From contig NMRA01000902.1 in the NCBI GenBank assembly GCA_002633005.1, positions 1 through 64,000 of the forward strand: DNA of 64,000 nucleotides. Reading direction: 5' to 3'. Shown piece after piece: positions 1 to 11,577 of the stretch; position 1 is the first letter of the stretch, and every line of letters begins with the position of its first letter. The DNA comes from Phoronis australis. Taxonomy: Eukaryota > Animalia > Phoronida. Below the pieces are notes generated by a model. That model was given only the letters and a program-made list of their open reading frames with translations. It had not been told where the DNA came from and ran no database searches. Both the position numbers and the translations under genes were made by a program.

Positions 1-404
1 AGATTACTCTAGACAACATTGGGAATACAAATTTATTATTTGCCACTTAAAAACCAAATTATGAGGTCACATTGATCAACTCTTCCTTATTTCGACTGCC
101 TTTGTTACTGGTTAGGTGAGTATGCTTATTGCCAGGTCTGTATTTCAGTGTTTAGGTACCTATTGACAATGATTGTGAAGCAAAAGAATAGGATTAGCTG
201 TGAATAATGCAACATTTTGGTATCATAAATGAGTTATATCTATTCACTGTTGTCTAAAAACAGTCTTTCATTCATTTGTCAAGTCATTTGAAGAATAAAC
301 CGGATACCAAATACTTTGAGCTGACAATGTCATAACTGAAGACAGTGTATGCCACCCTGTATACACATGTAGTAGAGGGATGGAGTGTGAGGCTGTACTA
401 AGGG
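1..404 (+). repeat. Near-identical duplicate of the GEN1 3' UTR/flank (matches 23676-24079)
   Basis: Positions 1-404 align colinearly with 23676-24079, with about 7 substitutions counted by eye. The match runs off the left window edge. Confidence 0.95.
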
Positions 405-573
405 TCCCACCCTGTATACACAAGTAGTAGAGGGATGGAGTGTGAGACTGTACTAAGGGTCCCACCCTGTATACACAAGTAGTAGAGGGATGGAGTGTGA
501 GACTGTACTAAGGGTCCCACCCTGTATACACAAGTAGTAGAGGGATGGAGTGTGAGACTGTACTAAGGGTCCC
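352..573. repeat. 55-bp minisatellite, 4 copies
   Basis: Unit ccaccctgtatacacaagtagtagagggatggagtgtgagactgtactaagggtc starts at 352, 407, 462 and 517. Only one unit is present at the paralogous site (~24027-24080). Confidence 0.95.
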
Positions 574-1653
574 AAAGCAAAAGAAGGAAACACCCTTCTC
601 CTAAGCCTGTCGCTAGCGAAGTGCCCGACACATACAGTCGCGCCCACATGCCGACGTAACAAAGGCGCACTGAGACGCAACAAAGACATTAGCATAAGAA
701 TAACTGAACATTTGCAACTAAATAAGAATAACAATAAGCGTAAAGTTACGAACGTCCCGTCACAAGTTATTTAAAATTCGGAAAATCCATTTCACTACGG
801 CTTATAATGAAGTCACATGAACAGCACAACAACCACATAACATACTTTGATTAGATAGTAATCCATGCGCGCACCTAGCCTAAAATGTAGGGGGGGGCTT
901 GAATCCCCTTTAACTGGAAAAATCAACGAAGACTAAAAAAACGGGTTCAGGGCTTGGAATGACCAATGACAAAAACACAGAAACTTTAACGGCCCAAAAC
1001 GTGCGCGCTACCCAGCCTTGAAATAGTCGATGTGAACCTTTCGCCGACAAAAGTCGGTAGGACTAAGAAAAAAAAAAAAAGTTACCACCATCAGTAGCAT
1101 GCGTCTGCGTCTTTTTATCTCGTCCATCCACTCCTCCACTCCCACCCCCACACATTTTTGGCTGCAGACCCGTAGTATTTGTCACCGCAGTTTACAATCA
1201 CACGAGACGTCATTGAAAATCCCACCACGCTATCCCAGATGCCCCGGCAATGTTGACAATTTACGTTCCTCCCAAACGTAAAGAGCAACTTCTGATTTTC
1301 GAGGTGAACGTCGGCAACGCCGCGGTAAGAAAGGAATTTGCCGTGGAAATTTTATATCAAATCCGATTTTTTTTATGCGGAAATATAATAAAATGCGCGG
1401 ACAGGACATTTGAAAAAAGCGGAAAATTCCAAGCCCTGTAGGTTCAGGCCTGCCAATCCTGCATCCGCGACGAATTCCTGTGGACTTTTGTCTCATTTAC
1501 TAGGACCTTTTGTTTCACTGTGGTGGACCTTTTTGCCCAATTCGCCAAATTGGGGGGTTCATTCCAGCCTCCCGAGCCCCCCCTGGGTGCACCCATGTGA
1601 TCACATGACATACTTTGGTTATATACCGACCACATGACATAGCCACCACTTAC

Positions 1654-4600
1654 CCGAGGTCAATTGCAGGGATTGAGTTAATGATCTTCTCACCTCCCTC
1701 CAGCTTGATGCAGTACATGTAGGGATGAAGCTGAAACCAAGACAACACAAATAACGACCCTTTCTCAAAGCTTCACATCTGTATTCACACCAATGTAGAC
1801 CTCTCTTAGTGGCTCTTCAAGTAGTGGAATACTTTTGATACCAAGGACAGAATTTCTTTAAAGTAATAATAGTTGACCTATTTTTATAATCTTTGATGAT
1901 CACAGAATCTTATTATGTCACAGAAGCGATGCCCATGAGATTGTGTTTATTCTAAAGAAAAATATAATTTTAATTGAAGAACACTGAATTTTTCAAATTG
2001 TTCTCGCTTGCAACTCTCAAAATTCAGCTTCTCTATTCCATTAGGTAACAGTGTGCCTGATACCTGGATTGTCAAAAATCAAAATTTCTGTTTTTCAAGG
2101 AATGCTGATGTCTTCATCTTCGACTGCGCAGTTCTAGGGCTAAAAGACACGATCTTTGCACATGAAAAGAGTCTGTGATCACCAAATTTTTAAAATTAAT
2201 TAGTTCAATAGATCTATTACTAATACTTTGAATACTTTATATAAAAAATTCCATCCTCGATAAGGAAGATATCTAACTTCCTTCATCTGGCGATTATGCG
2301 TATTTTCCATCAGAGGTTACATATTGATGTTTAAGTTAAAACAACAAAATCACTAACAGTGCCATGATATTTCATTAACATATATTTCAAACATCTTTTC
2401 ATGTAGCAGCAATTATGACACACTGAGGAAAGTATTAAAACAGGCCTGTACCTTTGGAGGAGTCCACTTTTTAGGTGTGTCCGCATTTGATGACTCAGAG
2501 TTTGTGTTCTCCTTATCACTAGAAGGTGAGCTGCAGTTACTGGCGACTCTGTCCAACTCGGGTAGCTTCTCTACCCTGGTGACGTGACCTTTGATCCTGT
2601 CCAAAACAATCCACATGAGAACAGCCATTCAGACTTAAACTTTCAGTCCTTTTTTGCTCACTTACATAGATCACGGCAGGTGACCATGCTCCAGGAAATA
2701 AAGCCACGTCAGATTGTCCACAAGTACACACACTCTAACCAATAGGCAATACCATATGCTTTTAGTTTTCCATGCATTTCAGGGCTATGTGCTTAATGAT
2801 TAGCAATGGCATTGAATGATAACATTGAACGATACACAATGAACGATACACATTCCTTTTATTACTTAAAGCAGCATTTCACTGTTCAGCTCATATTCCT
2901 TACCATATGATTCTACTTCATAATATTCCTTACCATATGATTCTACTTCATAATATTCCTTACCATACGATTCTACCTCATAATATTCATTACCATATGA
3001 TTCTACTTCATAATATTCATAACCATATGATTCTACTTCATAATATTCATAACCATATGATTCTACTTCATAATATTCCTTACCATATGATTCTACTTCT
3101 GATCATAATATTCCTTACCATATGATTCTACTTCATAATATTCCTTACCATATGATTCTACTTCAATTAAATACAAGAACATCGAAACCATCAGTGACAC
3201 ATGAAAACACTTCAGATTTTTATGGAGTTGGCGAAACCTAAAATCGCAAATTGAAAAACGGCGAATGTGTACACGCGCTATTTTTCAGATGCAAAATGAA
3301 AAATGGTACATGCACCCATTGCCTGCAAATTCGAAAGTGGCACACGTGCGCATTGTCTATGACTCTGGTTGATAACGGAAATAGAGTCTTACAATGTAAA
3401 GAATATCACGACACCACTTTTATGACAGTAAAAGACCTGCTAAAAAGGGGGATATGCAGCTTGAACAGACCAAGTTTAAAGAGGCTCACTTACACTTTGC
3501 CTCCAGCCTTCACCTTCAATACCAGCAGTTCACCCTTGACATATGCTTGCTGAAGTTTGATCCATGTCTTGTCAACAAGGTTGTCCAGACTCTCTGTGCC
3601 TGAGAACAAACACAGCACACTTCCACCATAAGCTTGGACATTCGATCTATATGACTGGAACCTAATAACAATCTGTCTCAGGCATTAAGATTTTTGTGGG
3701 AATGTGCGTATTTTCGTGTCCCTCTAAATTCGTTTCAAGACTCGTGTTGATTTCCAAATTGTAAATTACTAACAGTTTACCCAGATTTCTTACTTTCAAT
3801 TCACAAATTTTCTGTTTATTTCCCAAATGCAGAGCACTTATCACAATTAAAACCGGAAGTGAAAAGAGAGAAGTCGCAATTGTTTGGCAAAAATCAGGCG
3901 AGATCGGCAAAATTCGCACAACCTGTCTGTGCAGTCATTTGCATTCCATGTTTGTACGTGGGTTGTCGGCAGGACTAATGGAGATAGTGGATTAAGAAAA
4001 TGACTCTGTATATAGATTTACCGGCAAAATTACGAAGGAGAATAGGTCATCTGAGAATTTCCGAAGCAGATTTTCTGCAATTTTGGCAACCTCAGATTTC
4101 TTTTGGTGACCTGGGATTTCAGCCAGGTCGCCTAATATGACTTGGCGTTTAGCCAAGCATCGAGCGCTGTGTTTAGACCACTTACTGTGATGAACTTCTT
4201 CCAGAACCGGCTTTTCGTAACATGGCAAGAACGACTGCTTCAGCATCTCCTTGGAGGCCAACTCAGAATCCAGCGCCTCCTTATGGGTGAGATTGACATG
4301 ACCTGTACACTGACAAGTCCATATGGAGTCTTTGTAGAGAGCGAGGCGTTTCTCATAATCTGTGCATAGAAGTTAAGGAGACACTGCAAGTTGTTGGATT
4401 ATTACTGTGAATGACGAAAACCGCATAAATGTTCACGGACGGCTGAGGAAATCACGCGTATACTGAGAGTTGTACAAGTTGACCATTACTGGACAGCCAA
4501 GACAATAAACAATAAGTGTTCTTATTATGTACAACCGTTTTGTATTCTGATATACACCTTTTCATTTATTTCGCAACTTGCCAATAGCAGTCTGGCAACA

Positions 4601-6888
4601 CTGCCCAGTCGCCAAATGAGAATTGGGGTTGTCAAATCTCGTTTGGAAATTAAATGAATACAATATCTGAAGTAAAAATTGAGCAAATTTAGCAAATGTC
4701 TGCCAATGCACCTCAGATCCCATGAACAGCATTTTTTCTTCTTTGCTCCTGAAAACGAAAAACTATGTGTCCCACATGCTCGGAGACGGCCAATTTTCCC
4801 CTCTCAGACCCAATATCTTGTGCACGGGCTCATCTGTTGGGGCAGGCGAACAACATCGAGCCCTACTGATTTCTGCCAATAGTATTTTGAATGTGTGCTG
4901 CACTGCTCAGCCAAAGCATGGAGACTTCATGGTGATCTAGAATGTTTACCAGATTGATAAGGGCTGTTCCAGCAAAATCTGTATGGGAGGGGGGGGAAGG
5001 CACTTTTATTTCGTACCCACCGCCCATATTTTTCATTTATTTCTCCAACCCATGACCCATAATTTTTTAATTATTTTTAATAGGTTAAAATATAAAATCC
5101 AACACTTGCAAACAAATTGCCTCCAGGACCTGTTAAGAACTTAGATGATTGACAGACAAGAATTAGTTGTCTTGTCCAATATTGTCAAAAACTAAAGTAG
5201 TCTGTGAGCAATACTTTTGGCAGCCACCAGGTGTCTCTGTTCACCATGTGTCTATAATTTCAATGAACATCTTTTTCAATTATAAGCATCTATGAATCTC
5301 AAACTGCCTCCACGAACTCTTTTATACTTCTATGTCAAGTGAATATTGGAACTTGTTTATTTTACTCCTCATACTTTTTATTTAAAAATCATCAATTTTC
5401 TTATATGTGATAACACCAGTTTAGTGTTGCATAACTTTTCAATTCAATAAGACTCCAGACAAACACTTGGCTCAAATCACGTTGCCCATGACTTGATTAA
5501 TGGCTTAGTGAACATGTTGGACTCTGTTCACTGGCAATATGGGCTGAAGTAACCAACTTGTCAACATTAACAGGTCAAGAAATACCACCCATTTTTAATG
5601 CATCACTTCTTACAGGAACGACCACCCATAATTTGAGTTTTTTGTCCTGGCAAATATGTTGGCCTACAGCCATAGCAGAACACCGTATGGACATATCGCA
5701 CATTTTTAAGCCAACAGTCAAAATATCACCTAGAGAAAATAAAAATTAGAGTCATAAAATGGAAGAAGCAGTTAAAATCATGAGCAATAAACCAAAATCA
5801 ATCAAAGACATTGAATGTGAATTACCAGTTATTTACCAGTGCCTCCTCACTAGTAACAGCCACCAGGTAGTGTTGGACAACAATCAAGGACCACCCACTG
5901 GCGACCATAGGACAGGAAATTTGCACCAGTACCCCCAAAGAAGGGCCCAGGACAAGCTCGAAAACTGGGGCAGCAAACACAAACACGTCGCTGATAGGTA
6001 ACTACGCTATATGTAATGGCACCACCTGAGAACATTCATTGTGTCAAAATCTGAAATTGTAGGTCACTATGCAAAAACAATTGGAGCGACATCTTATTCC
6101 TGTACAACACTCAAACTCAAGTACATTGCAAATGGTGAATTTAATCATCGTTACTTTTGGAAAGTAAATAAGATCAAGACATTGTGCCATTTGTCTAAAT
6201 TGGAAGATAAGATATACATCATAAGTTGTCACAAGTTCATATATATTCACTACTTGCACTTAGGTGGCACTGCCAAAAATTGATTGTTGTGCATTGTTCT
6301 TTAGGACGCAACACCTCATTTTAGCATCAATTTTAACAACGCAACGTAAAGCGTGTGGCAAACAGGCAGAACCATCATGATTTGGACACAACGCCTCATT
6401 TACAAGCCTAATATCAAATTCATGCACGTAGTGAATAAGAAATTATGTGTTTGATTAGCTTAGGAAAACAGAAACATCTTGTCCAGTACACCACTTCAAT
6501 ATATTTTGGGGTAGGCCTATAAACTCATTACCATGGGAACAGAATTGAGTAATTCACTTTAATTGGCATGATAAACAAACCAAACAACGACTTCACCAAC
6601 AAAAAGCAAAGAATTCACAGAGCACATTACATGCAAACGATTTTAAACATAACAGGACTGTAAAACTAAAAACTCAAAACGAATCACTGCCTCCTAACTG
6701 CCAACAAAAATGGTTTTTTCATTGTGACGGCTGACGCCATGATGGATTTTCAGGTCACGATTGATGAAAGGATATTCTTTGTTTCTAAATTGTTCTCTGG
6801 TGTGCGGAATTGTGTAGATCGCCTCCGATGGGTCCGTGATATTCAGAGGTTTCACCGATGCGAACAACTTCTTCCCTAGCAATGGCAT
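1654..6888 (-). CDS. BAZ1B: Tyrosine-protein kinase BAZ1B / WSTF, 5' part (WAC domain region), exons 1-5; 3'-partial
   Basis: Exons 6888-6776, 4361-4186, 3599-3494, 2596-2452 and 1730-1654 splice in frame (617 nt): MPLLGKKLF...IYTIPHTREQFRNKE/DYEKRLALYKDSIWTCQCTGHVNLTHKEAL...YEKPVLEEVHHS/TESLDNLVDKTW...SPSSDKEN...KKWTPPK/LHPYMYCIKLEGGEKIINSIPAIDL. This parallels the recalled human BAZ1B N-terminus (MAPLLGRKPF...IPHTQEAF...IWTCKSTG..LTHKEA...SPSSDKEN...KWAPPK..HKYDVKL...KIISNVPA). Confidence 0.93.
2892..3165. repeat. 30-bp minisatellite (~9 copies) in BAZ1B intron 3
   Basis: Unit cataatattccttaccatatgattctactt. Explains the repetitive spurious ORF 2907-3125. Confidence 0.95.
4362..6775 (-). 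other. U12-type (minor spliceosome) AT-AC intron 1 of BAZ1B
   Basis: 5' splice site ATATCCTTT (6775-6767), branch site TCCTTAAC (4379-4372), 3' end CAC| at 4362. This splice restores the reading frame (GA+A = Glu). Confidence 0.93.
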
Positions 6889-8880
6889 CCTGTGCGTTTT
6901 TAACAAAATGAGAAGTTAATTTCGTGCCATTCAAAAACGGCGGGAACATCTGGCACGGAAGGATTTTGCCGGCTGCGTGATGAAAACAAAAACATTTTAT
7001 AAAGGTGTTCAAAATACGTCACTTAATCACATATATATTTATTTTAATATAATTTTAAACATTCAAAACAAATAATTTAGAACAAATACTACAAAAATTA
7101 TCAGTAATTTTTAAAATTTGAAACCACATTTGGGTAATGCTATTACCGGAAATGAAGGAAATAAGAGGGAAATTTTAAAAAGTGGTAAAAATGCAAACTT
7201 TGTTTTGCTAGTAGCTGCAGACTTTATTAGATGTTCAGGTCTTTTTAATTGACATTAAAACTGCATTAAACCCCTATATTGAGAACCAATCTCTCACTGA
7301 ATGCTTGCATCTAACTGTATGTCTTTAATTCCTTCCAACTCAACTGGCAAACAAATACTCCATCTGGCATCTGCAGACTGATCAATACTTTTTTCGAACA
7401 GTCCTTCGTTCACATGCCCAAATCGACAACTAGCCATTTTTACACTGCTCACGCCAGAAAATATCCCCTGACGTGAACAGTGTAAAAATGGCCAGTTGCC
7501 AAATACCAATTGGGGCAACTAAACAAAACATTGTTCAAAAAAAGTTGATTGCGCTAGTATTTGTTCAAGATGGGAACGGACTCCTTAGATGCCCCTCTAT
7601 GCTGAAAACGTACTAATAGCAATGTGATTTTGATGGTTTAATAAATATGAGGCATCATCCGCCAAAAAGTTTCCGGCATATGGAGGGCCTTAGCCTTATT
7701 TGGTGCAAAGCTGTATACTAAATACAGCTTTGCGCTGATGTGGGTAAAAAAGTGGTAAGGTAAAATCTGACTCAAAATTAGTGCCATTTAAAAACTACAG
7801 TCTTCCTTGAGTAAACTAAATTATTTAACGGTGTTGGAAAAATGGCGTTCTACCATTATTCTGCTGCTAAAGTTGTGGAGCGTCATCTTTAGCGACAGCT
7901 TTCAGCACCATGAAATATTGCGTCACTTACTGGTCAGTTTCATTTTTCATCAATTCTTCAATCAACTGTACGTCTTCCACAAGGTTGCTTAGATGTCACA
8001 ACAAATCTTAACTGGTTTCATTTAGTTACAAGTGTTTAGAATNAACGCTAAGTCCCGCGTGGTTGCGCTGCACGCGAAACAAGATGGCGGACGAACTTTG
8101 GAGCCTGACGAAAATAGGTAACCGGACGATACCAATTGGGGCAACTAAACGAAACATTGTTCAAAAAAAGTTGATTGCGCTAGTATTTGTTCAAGATGGG
8201 AACGGCCTCCTTAGATGCCACTCTATGCTGAAAACGTACTAAAAGCAATGTGATTTTGATGGTTTAATAAATATGAGGCATCATCTGCCAAAAAGTTTCC
8301 GGCATATGGAGCCGGCCTTAGCCTTATTTGGTGCAAAGCTGTATACTAAATACAGCTTTGCGCTGATGTGGGTAAAAAAGTGGTAAGGTAAAATCTGACT
8401 CAAAATTAGTGCCATTTAAAAACTACAGTCTTCCTTGAGTAAACTAAATTATTTAACGCTGTTGGAAAAATGGCGTTCTACCATTATTCTGCTGCTAAAG
8501 TTGTGGAGCGTCATCTTTAGCGACAGCTTTCAGCACCATGAAATATTGCGTCACTTACTGGTCAGTTTCATTTTTCATCAATTCTTCAATCAACTGTACG
8601 TCTTCCACAAGGTTGCTTAGATGTCACAACAAATCTTAACTGGTTTCATTTAGTTACAAGTGTTTAGAATTTTGATACCGAAAAAACGAATTTCAGAACA
8701 AATTTTGCTGCTACGCACTTGTCGCAAAAATTTAGGAAATAGCACGTGCGCGTGACACTAGCGTACTGTGTTCAAAACAACAACATACTTTTCATTGTTA
8801 CAAAAGGTCGAGAATGACACAAGAAAATGACGTTTGTTGCAATGCCTTTCACTTAAACGGTTGTAATGGGCAAGGTGAGT
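6889..8880. promoter_or_regulatory. Putative shared (divergent) promoter region of BAZ1B and GEN1
   Basis: BAZ1B ATG at 6888 points left and GEN1 lies to the right. There is a YY1-like CAAGATGGCGG at 8080-8090 and a consensus donor AAG|GTGAGT at 8874/8875 (candidate GEN1 non-coding first exon). CpG-containing patches occur here. The TSS cannot be determined. Confidence 0.45.
7503..8670. repeat. Gap-flanking duplicate (7503-8042 vs 8129-8670), likely haplotype overlap at N 8043
   Basis: Two ~540-bp copies differ by a few SNPs and a 2-bp indel. The first copy ends exactly at the N. Confidence 0.85.
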
Positions 8881-10204
8881 GTCGGTTGACTCCCATATTT
8901 TGCATGCATCCCGTCCGGTCTTTAGCTCTACATGTTGATACAGGTTTCATGGCGAGTTGACGAGCAGAACTACCCTGGCTGTGTGCAATTTAGGGGTCTA
9001 TGAAAGAAAAACACTCAGTGGTACCTAGCTGTATTTTGACGATAGCCTTCATACAGCTAGCTGGCTGGCTAGGAGGGCCTATGCCTATGGGATGGCCACC
9101 ATCTGTACTGCGGCCAGTTGAAACAGTGGTATTGTCTAGATCTCGCCACAATTTTCAAGAAGGGTAAAAATCTGAAACAGCTGAAAAGCCATCGAAGCAT
9201 TTTTCACAAATTTGTGAAATGGACTTAAATCAAAAAATAAGAGGAAAATACTTATGATTGTTCTTAATCAACCCAATTGAATTCCCTTGACATACTTAGG
9301 GAACCGCAAACAGTCTTACCGGTCATATTTCGCCTATTACCTTCCTTCGAACAACAATGAATCAAATCATCTGTCATCTTTTAACCTCAGATTTTGACCT
9401 AATAACATATTGTAAGAGTGTCTCGAATGCCAGCCCATGAGCAAAGTGAATGCTTCAGTCAACAAGTTCACAAAAATGTAAATGAGTGAGCGACTAGTAA
9501 ATTGTAAAAAAATCTTCAAGTGAATAAGTACTTTCGAAAGGCTTGATTTCTATGCAGTTATATTTGCTGTATTATTTCAGCAGTTAAATGTGCTCACGCA
9601 ATCGCAATTTCGACGTGATATGTATGACTTAATTCTACTCTTTCAATACGGACTTCCAACCATGTTTAAAGGTTGGTTTACTGACTAGGTCCAATGCACT
9701 GGCAGTAGGGAAAAATCCTTGAACGACAAGACTTGAAGCGAGGTTCCTTGACTGAGAGGCAAGCATCCAAACTGTTAGGCCTAGAGGAAAATTGCCACTG
9801 ATCTTAGCAAAAGACAATCGTAACTTTTATATTAATTTCCACACCAGTCATTAACTTGGATCCTGAATGCAGTCATTAAATCTGAATGTGGAAAATTATC
9901 AGCTTCACTTTAGTTATACATTTTTGCTCTTACATATGTCTCAGGGTCGTGTTTGCAATGACGTACCTACAACCATTTTAGTTATGACTATATGCTTGAT
10001 TAGGAACATTGATAAAATGCGCCCTTGGGATCTAGAACATGATCTCATACTGGTGGGTGAAAATGTCCCTGCCAGGAGATTCCTGAGGTTGAAAACTTCT
10101 TCCCACAATGAAATTCTAATAGCCTATAAAAATATTTCGTCCACGAAAATTGATCTGGCAACAAAGAAACTCTGGTTACAACATAGATAACCCCACCTGT
10201 GACA

Positions 10205-10615
10205 ATACTTACTACTAACTTGTGATTCAGGCAATGTGCTACTGTAAAATACTACTAACTTGTGATTCAGGCCATGTGCTACTGTAAAATACTAATACTA
10301 GTGATTCAGGCCATGTGCTACTGTAAAATACTAATACTAGTGATTCAGGCCATGTGCTACTGTAAAATACTAATACTAGTGATTCAGGCCATGTGCTAAC
10401 TGTAAAATACTAATACTAGTGATTCAGGCCATGTGCTAACTGTAAAATACTAATACTAGTGATTCAGGCCATGTGCTAACTGTAAAATACTAATACTAAC
10501 TTGTGATTCAGGCCATGTGCTAACTGTAAAATACTTAGTACTAACTTGTGATTCAGGCTATGTGCTACTGTAAAATACTTAGTACTAATTTATGATTCAG
10601 GCCACGTGCTATTGC
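10205..10615. repeat. ~39-bp minisatellite (~10 copies)
   Basis: Unit ctgtaaaatactaatactagtgattcaggccatgtgcta with small indel variants. Confidence 0.93.
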
Positions 10616-11577
10616 AAAACTGGTGCAACTGAAATTCATTATTGCTCGAGACCCTTCTTGGTTCATGAAGTGACCTGGCGAGTCGAACCAATTAATTGTG
10701 AGTCTGATCTCGAGCAATAACAAAATTACATTTTTTCCAAGCCAGTAGTGAAGGCTAAGGAGGTAATTGAGACAAGTTTTAATTAGCAGCAAGCACTGGA
10801 TATTTTGCTCAGGGTGTGGTACCTTCACTATGGACGACCATATTATGAGTACCATACGCAGTGTCTCAGATAACATTTTTACGTTTTAGATTCATGTTGG
10901 ATTTTGAACAGTGTTAAGTAGCAGGTGTAATGTGCCTGAGCATTTGGTTATTTTGGCTTCTGTGTTTTTATCATTTGATTAACAAGCTGGGCACTGACAT
11001 CCTAAATGAACTAGCCTAGAGAAGTGAGTTGAATTCCTTAGTGAAATGAAGTGACTTCAATATTTATTGACAGCCGGTATATAACAACTTTAAAAAAGAA
11101 TTTTGTTGCAACGTAATTAGACTGTATGTCTTGTGTTGTAATGGTTGATTTATAGTATTGTTAGGTTTGTGGAATAGCTGGGATGAGTTGTATAGACAAA
11201 GTGATATGTAGCACTTTGTAGTTAGAACCTGACAATGTTTTAAGCACTTTTTATGTAGTGATGTTTTGCATATAAAATTTCATACGTTCCAAAACGGCAA
11301 AATGAATTTAAGAAAAGCGCAATAAATATTTTTTGCCATCGTATGTTAAATTTTAGCATAAGCACGTATATCTTCATGTTGCACTCAAACACCTTGCGTC
11401 AACTATTTTGGAATAAAGTGCATTTATTTCAAAATGGTTCCCTAGACTTAGAATAGCACTACAATCGACCACTCAGTCAATGAATGCAACTTGTGATTGA
11501 GAGGAGATCAATCTGTCAGAAAATCACATATTTTTAGTTTAGTCATGACATCAATAATTGACATTTCAGTACTCATT

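Noticed and set aside
864-1597. MITE bounded by CATGCGCGCACCTAG / CTGGGTGCACCCATG
   Set aside because: The inverted repeats are imperfect and there is no target-site duplication. The ends may come from different insertions.
7705-7733. 12-bp-stem hairpin GCAAAGCTGTAT-ACTAA-ATACAGCTTTGC
   Set aside because: An isolated palindrome with no supporting context. Bacterial terminator logic does not apply here.
7807-8620. Twin 61-aa ORFs (MSKLNYL...)
   Set aside because: Product of the gap-flanking duplicate, with TTG starts and no recognisable protein features.
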